From Macrostomum lignano (taxonomy: Eukaryota), in contig NIVC01002350.1 of the NCBI GenBank assembly GCA_002269645.1, positions 1 through 64,000 of the forward strand: a stretch of 64,000 bases of DNA, written 5' to 3'. The position numbers and the translations under genes were made by a program. Each line of letters opens with the position of its first letter. Position 1 is the stretch's first letter. Below are positions 58,174 through 64,000 of the stretch, one piece after another. The notes under the pieces are model-generated. The model was not told the origin of the DNA and did no database searches. It saw only the letters and a program-made list of their open reading frames with translations.

Positions 58174-60914
58174 CAGATACTATCCGAGCACAGTTCATGA
58201 ATTGCGTGTGCTGAGCAGGCACAATAAAACAAGGCCAATACACGAGCACCATAATAAGAGTTTGGTAGCACGCTGCAACGGTCGGCCATGCAGAGGGGTT
58301 GGCCGGGAGCATCTGGCTGTCGCGTGAGAAATCGTTGCCCGGGGAGGTCAAGATCTGCCTAAATAATGTCTCCCACGTGGATCTCCCGAGGGGATCCCCA
58401 GGCGTCGATAAAAGAATGTTACCGCCGGACCCTCCTCCGATTCGAGCTCAACCCTCTCTCGAAACCGCTTGGTGGACATTTGGCTCGTAGAACTCTCACC
58501 TTTGTGAGGCGGGGCGAGATAACCTTGAGACCTCAGCCTTTAAAAACTATCCAAGCCTTGAGTTGTTGGCAAGCAATTAGCCAAGGACGGTTCCACAGAC
58601 ACGCGGAGAGTAAAAGGCCTTTTTTTATTGCGGAATTCTTGAACAAAGAACGGGAGGAGGAATTACGGACGGAAGGAAGGAAGGAAGGAGTTTGAGACGC
58701 CAGAGACTGAGAAGGTGGGCGGGACAAAAGATGCCGTTTTGTTGATGCGGCGGCGGCGGCGGCGGCAGGAGGCCCTGTCTGTTGCGCCGCTGCTCTATCA
58801 CTAAACACAAAAGCATTGCTTTTCATCGTCTGCGCCTGCTCTTGGAGACTTGCGCGACTCAGCAACTTAATGAGCAGAGCAGTTAGCGTCTCAGCAGGGG
58901 GTCGGGGGGGGGGGGTTCGTCTATAGTCTGAAAAATCTTCCCTACACTGCTTGCCATGCTGTTTGGGGATATCTGAAAAACTCTAATAAAACCAATGCCT
59001 GCAGTTTGGCTTTGTCAAACATGCAATTAGCGGATGATGATGAATTTAAAAAACATCCCCATTAGCGTCATCTCCAATAAGAATGCTCAATTCTTCACGG
59101 CTAGAATTGGGGGCAAGCTGGAGCTGGATGATGGAGACGGCGGCACCTGCCGCATGCGGATGCTGCCAGGATGTGGAATCTGAAGGGGCCCCGCACTTGT
59201 CACACCGTCCAGGGGATTTGGGAAACTTATTTTTTCCCCAACTTTCATAATAGTTGCTCTGTAGGAATCTGTTTGCTGCATCGCTTTGTTGACTGATTTC
59301 AAAGCAGACAGGAAGACAGGGGGAAGCGGAATCGGGGGAGTCTTTCGGTTGCCGTGACCCTCCATCACTCTCGTACACAGACAGTATTTTTGATTCAATA
59401 TTTGCTGCAGGAAACTTACAGCGGAACTTGCCAACCTAATCCCCTGCCCCGGGTGTGTTTGATCGGCTCCGGGAGGGAGAGCGACTCTCCAGGAAAACAC
59501 TGAAGATTTCTCCGGCAGATTTTTCGCATTCCAAATATACTGGCTTCTTATCCTCGAAGATGGAGAAGTTTTAGTTGCTATGATGCCGGATCTCGGTCTC
59601 CAGACTCCCCAGTCTCGCTCCAAGAATGCGGGGAAAATAAGGAGCGCGAGTCCCAGGTTAGTATAATAAAAATCTCCCAACAAGCATCGGCAGAGCAGAA
59701 GGCTCACAATTGACAAAAGCAGAAGACAAAGCAAGCAAAGAGTAAGGATCGCAGAGAGAGTCGACTCGACCTAACAAGTTTTAGTTACATAACAAGCGCC
59801 TGAACGCCTCTACACGGGTGGGGGCGCCTCTTCAGACGGCGAATGCACGAGAGGAATCGAATCCCGCCCTCTTGGAGACTAAAACACCAACCTCAAAAAA
59901 GAGACTTCCAACACACACATATCTGTGAACACAAGCTATAGAGCAACAAGCAGTCAGAAAAAAGCAGCATATTTGCAGAATCTGGGCAATACCACGCGCA
60001 CAGAAAGGGAGAAATGATAAAGAGATAAACTTGCCAACACAAAGCAAGACAACTCTCACTGCAAGCCTGCTCAGATCTGTCTGGGCCAGCAGGGCAGATA
60101 GGGGAATTAACGATCAACATCCGGATAATTCTTCACTGCGAACTGTCCGATTTTTGTGTCCGAACCGAATGCGCGGAACTGAGCGTCATTAATATCATGG
60201 TGGTATCAATTTACCCCCCCCTCCCTGCAAAGCTGACTTTTGTCGGCGAACGGAATTAGACTGCATGGCCCCTGCAACTTCAGCGTTATTTAAACATAAT
60301 CTTCCACTTTCTTTAATTATTAATTATTAAACAGGTGGAATTCCGTATTGTTAGTAAGCAGACCCGAGTGGGCGTGTCAGCAGATCTTGTCAGTCAGGTA
60401 TATCTTCTTGTTGTTGTTGTATCGACGTTTTCTATATTAGCCGGCATTGACTTCCTCAATGGTCTCTAGGGGGGGGGGGGTCTGGGGGTGGCATTACATG
60501 CGAGCTCAGATAAATAGATTACTCCGGAGCGTAGCCGCTATAGTCGAAAGAAAACACCAGTGGGCGACGCGCAACTTTTGAATCTGTGATTAACCAATTA
60601 GATAACACCGCCACGTTGGTGGGCTTTAGGGACAGAGACGATTTTCTTATCAATATTCGCCTCCAATGTTTGCTTCTCGCCTCAATTCACACGGGACCGA
60701 ACACTGTTTCACAGCCACCTTAATTATCTGGCTTACATATGCTAACATATGAGATCTTGGCGTCCGTTCTGATGGCATGATGTACAGTGCGCATGCTAAT
60801 CTATACAGCTAGACTGTGGTGCGAGAAAACTTCGCTCAATTTTGGGATAGACATTTTTAATAGCCTAAATCCATACGGGCCAAGACTTTAATCGAGAAAG
60901 TGATCTAGTAGTTG

Positions 60915-61140
60915 CATCTGGGAGGGTGGCCGAGGCCCCGCCTGGAGATCTGGGAGGGTGACGGTAGAGCTTGGGGATCTGGGAGGGTGACGGTAGAGCT
61001 TGGGGATCTGGGAGGGTGACGGTAGAGCTTGGGGATCTGGGAGGGTGACGGTAGAGCTTGGGGATCTGGGAGGATGACGGTAGAGCTTGGGGATCTGGGA
61101 GGGTGACGGTAGAGCCTGGGGATCTGGGAGGGTGGTGGCG
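60915..61140. repeat. 29-bp minisatellite (GGGATCTGGGAGGGTGACGGTAGAGCTTG)n
   Basis: Visible. Confidence 0.9.
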
Positions 61141-62669
61141 GTCAAGCAACAAACGATCTGGAAGGTGTCTGGTAGGTAAAAGGTATCACAGACACCTTTA
61201 ACTTGCGTTAACGCTACAAGAAGTGGGCTCTAGTCGCACAGAGCAGGAAATTTAATTTAGCTTCTGTTTGCCATTTTTGCAAGCATCAGTAGCAGCCCTC
61301 AAACCCAGCCAGGTAGAAAAACGCAACTGAGAAATCATCTTGTTGAGCAGGTGAGTTTGATGAGCGACCAAACACTCTGGGGGGGGGGGGAGGCAGTGAT
61401 GCAGGGGAAGAGACAGACAGACTACAACTGAAGCCAATCCCGGTAGTGATTATTGGCAGTCATTAAATGGGATTTAGCAATAGGGATGATTTTTTTGGGG
61501 GGGGGAGGCTGGTGGAGCTGTCAGCAGCAGGCAGGGCTTCCTACCAAGGCCAACCTGTTTGAATAATTGAGTCTCACAAGGGCAGCTGCGGGGCAAATCG
61601 CAATTAGAGTTCTGTTATTATCATGATTATGATTATTATTGTTGATGGAGGAGGCGACCACTTGACGTCCGCGGCCTACCTGTCACGCGCTTGTCATTCA
61701 AGGCCGGAGCTGAGAGAGAGAGAAAAAAACTACCTTTAGGGTAGTGGGCTGGTGCAGGGGTTGCTCTGAGAGAGCCTCACCTGTAGGATTTTGGACTGAT
61801 GATGCTGCTGCAGCTCATCCCAGCTGACTCAATTGGAAAGTTGGCTATTTTTTTCATAATCAGCAGCACTTATCACAGTCAAAGAATGATAGCTGTAGGG
61901 GCATGGGCACACTGCCCTCCCCCATGGCTTTAAGAGCCAGAAAAGCTTTGCAAAAAAGCAATTGCAAGCAAAACTCCCTCCAGAAACGTCAATGGCAAGG
62001 AGGGTGGGCTGCAGTGGCGATTGCAGCTGTCCTCTATCAGGACTAGAAACCAGCTTAATAGATATCATTTTTGTAGCGAGCCTGTTCAATGCATTCATTG
62101 ATTAAATTGTCCACCACACGGCTGTCATTAAATGAGTAACTACTGAGCAATGCCTTCCTTACTCAGTCTGGCCAACTTTTTTACAACTCTTCATACAACA
62201 ACCCCCCTCCCCCGACTTCATGCAGCTATAATCCTTCCACCCCAAAGAAATGTCTGTTGAGCAATAATCAAAATTTTCTAAATTTTGCCCAATTTATTCC
62301 TTCCGTCGAGCACCTTCGGTCCAATAACCTCTTGACTCCGGAGAGGTTGGAACTCTGTCTCAGAGGTCTGGCTTTTTCTGAAATATTGTCAAGTGAAATC
62401 TTGCCCCAATAATGATTGAGTTATATTGTTGAGCCTGGCGATCAGTGAAGGTTGTCGAGCACTATTTATTCTCCAGACAGATGACACTGATGAGGCCTGA
62501 TGTAATCATCACGAAACCTTTCTAGGAAACCGCTATCTACTAATTTGCTTATCTACTTCTCTCTCCACCCTGTCTACCTGTGTCTACCTCTAAAAATTTG
62601 CTTTTGTCTACCTTGTCTGATTACTGACTACTTCTTTGCTTACCTATCAAAACTTCCTGTTTAGCAAAC

Positions 62670-63050
62670 TCAAACCTCTCTACCCTGACTACTTTTATGT
62701 CTACCCTAGCTACTTCTATATCTACCCTAACTACTTCCATGCCTACTCTAACTACTTCTATGTCTACCCTAGCTAGTTCATTATCTACCCTAACTTCTAT
62801 GTCTATCCTAGGTGCTCCCATGTCTACTCTAACTACTTCTATGTCTACCCTAGCTACTTCAATATCTACCCTAACTTCTATGTCTACCCTAGCTACTTCA
62901 ATATCTACCCTAACTTCTATGTCTACCCTAGCTACTTCAATATCTACCCTAACTTCTATGTCTATCCTAGGTGCTCCCATGTCTACTCTAACTACTTCTA
63001 TGTCTACCCTAGCTACTTCGATGCCTACCCCAAATAATTTTCTACCTATC
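62670..63050. repeat. 18-21-bp minisatellite (CTACTTCTATGTCTACCCTA-like)n
   Basis: Visible. Confidence 0.88.
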
Positions 63051-63509
63051 CGAGACTGTTTTCTATGTCCACTCCTCAACTCTAAATTTCCTTTATTTAC
63101 TATTCTGTCTGTCCTGCTTGTTGCATCCATATACTAAAAATGGTCTGCCGGTAGGTGTCTATCTATCTATTATCTTTAAACCTCTTTTCTCCCTCTTTTT
63201 CTTCTGTCGGTTGCCATTCACTTTAAGCATCGACAATTTCACATTTCAAGCGCGTCATCATTCTCCATTACGATTCCATTGTTGTAATGAAAATCAAATT
63301 AGAAAGCTGCATGCAATATCAGATATAATAATGAACAGCATTCAAGTTTGCAAATGACAAATAAACAATTTTTTTTTGTTTATTGAATTCGAAGGCAAGC
63401 ATCACTTTACAAAAAATGTTTAATGCAGATAAGTAAAAGTTTGCTTTTGGCAATGCGGACAAACATTTAGGAAAATGCCCTTGAGTAAGAAATGGATGCA
63501 TGTTAGGCG

Positions 63510-64000
63510 GAGATAGAGAAGTAGATAGTTGGGGAAGAGAAGTAGACAGTGGGAGGGAGAGTAGACAGAGTGGGAAGAAAAGTAGACTGAGGGGAGAGAG
63601 AAGTAGACTGAGGGGAGAGAGAAGTAGACAGTAGGGAGAGAGAAGTAGACAGAAGGGAGAGAGAAATAGACAGTGGGGAGAGAGAAGTAGACAGTGGGGT
63701 AGAGAAGTAGACAGTGGGGAGAGAGAAGTAGACAGTGGGGTAGAGAAGTAGACAGTGGGGAGAGAGAAGTAGACAGTGGAGGAGACAGAGAAGTAGACAG
63801 TGGGGAGAGAGAAGTAGACAGTGAGGAGAGAGAAATAGACAGTGGAGGAGAAAGAGAAGTAGACAGTGGGGAGAGAGAAGTAGACAGTGAGGAGAGAGAA
63901 ATAGACAGTGGAGGAGAAAGAGAAGTAGACAGTGGGGAGAGAGAAGTAGACAGTGGGGGAGAGAAGTAGACAGTGGGGGAGAGAAATAGACAGTGGAGGA
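63510..64000. repeat. ~21-bp minisatellite (GAGAGAAGTAGACAGTGGGGA)n, running off the window edge
   Basis: Visible. Confidence 0.9.

Noticed and set aside
59046-59734. 110- and 215-aa minus-strand ORFs
   Set aside because: No ATG start, domain motif or convincing splice boundaries

Overview
Eukaryotic (metazoan) genomic DNA with spliceosomal introns, GC-rich exons and many minisatellites. The style suggests an invertebrate such as a free-living flatworm, but that is inference only. Two genes reconstruct fully with every splice phase consistent. The first is a 15-exon P5B-type ATPase (ATP13A2-5 family, polyamine transporter) on the minus strand, CDS 29498->10990, about 1254 aa, with one GC-AG intron. 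The second is a 5-exon Gfi-1/senseless/PAG-3 six-zinc-finger repressor on the plus strand, 40161->45723, about 594 aa, with no SNAG domain. The left end holds a head-to-head pair of uncharacterised genes. One is a probable 3-exon gene (3570-9460, +) encoding two homologous ankyrin modules plus coiled coil and a glycine-zipper hydrophobic segment; its long intron contains a dead RTE-type LINE and an ~857-bp dispersed repeat. The other is a frameshifted spliced gene of unknown function (3159->695, -). Also present: an hAT-type MITE with an 8-bp TSD, a foldback element, a short dispersed repeat with an inverted pair around the last ATPase exon, and about 25 tandem arrays that explain most long ORFs in the supplied track. 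No convincing coding exons were found in 46-64 kb. No rRNA, tRNA or CRISPR was found. Best leads: the ANK/pore-former-like protein, uORFs in the polyamine-transporter leader, and minisatellites whose units carry splice-donor, ETS or Gfi1-type motifs or derive from MITE sequence.
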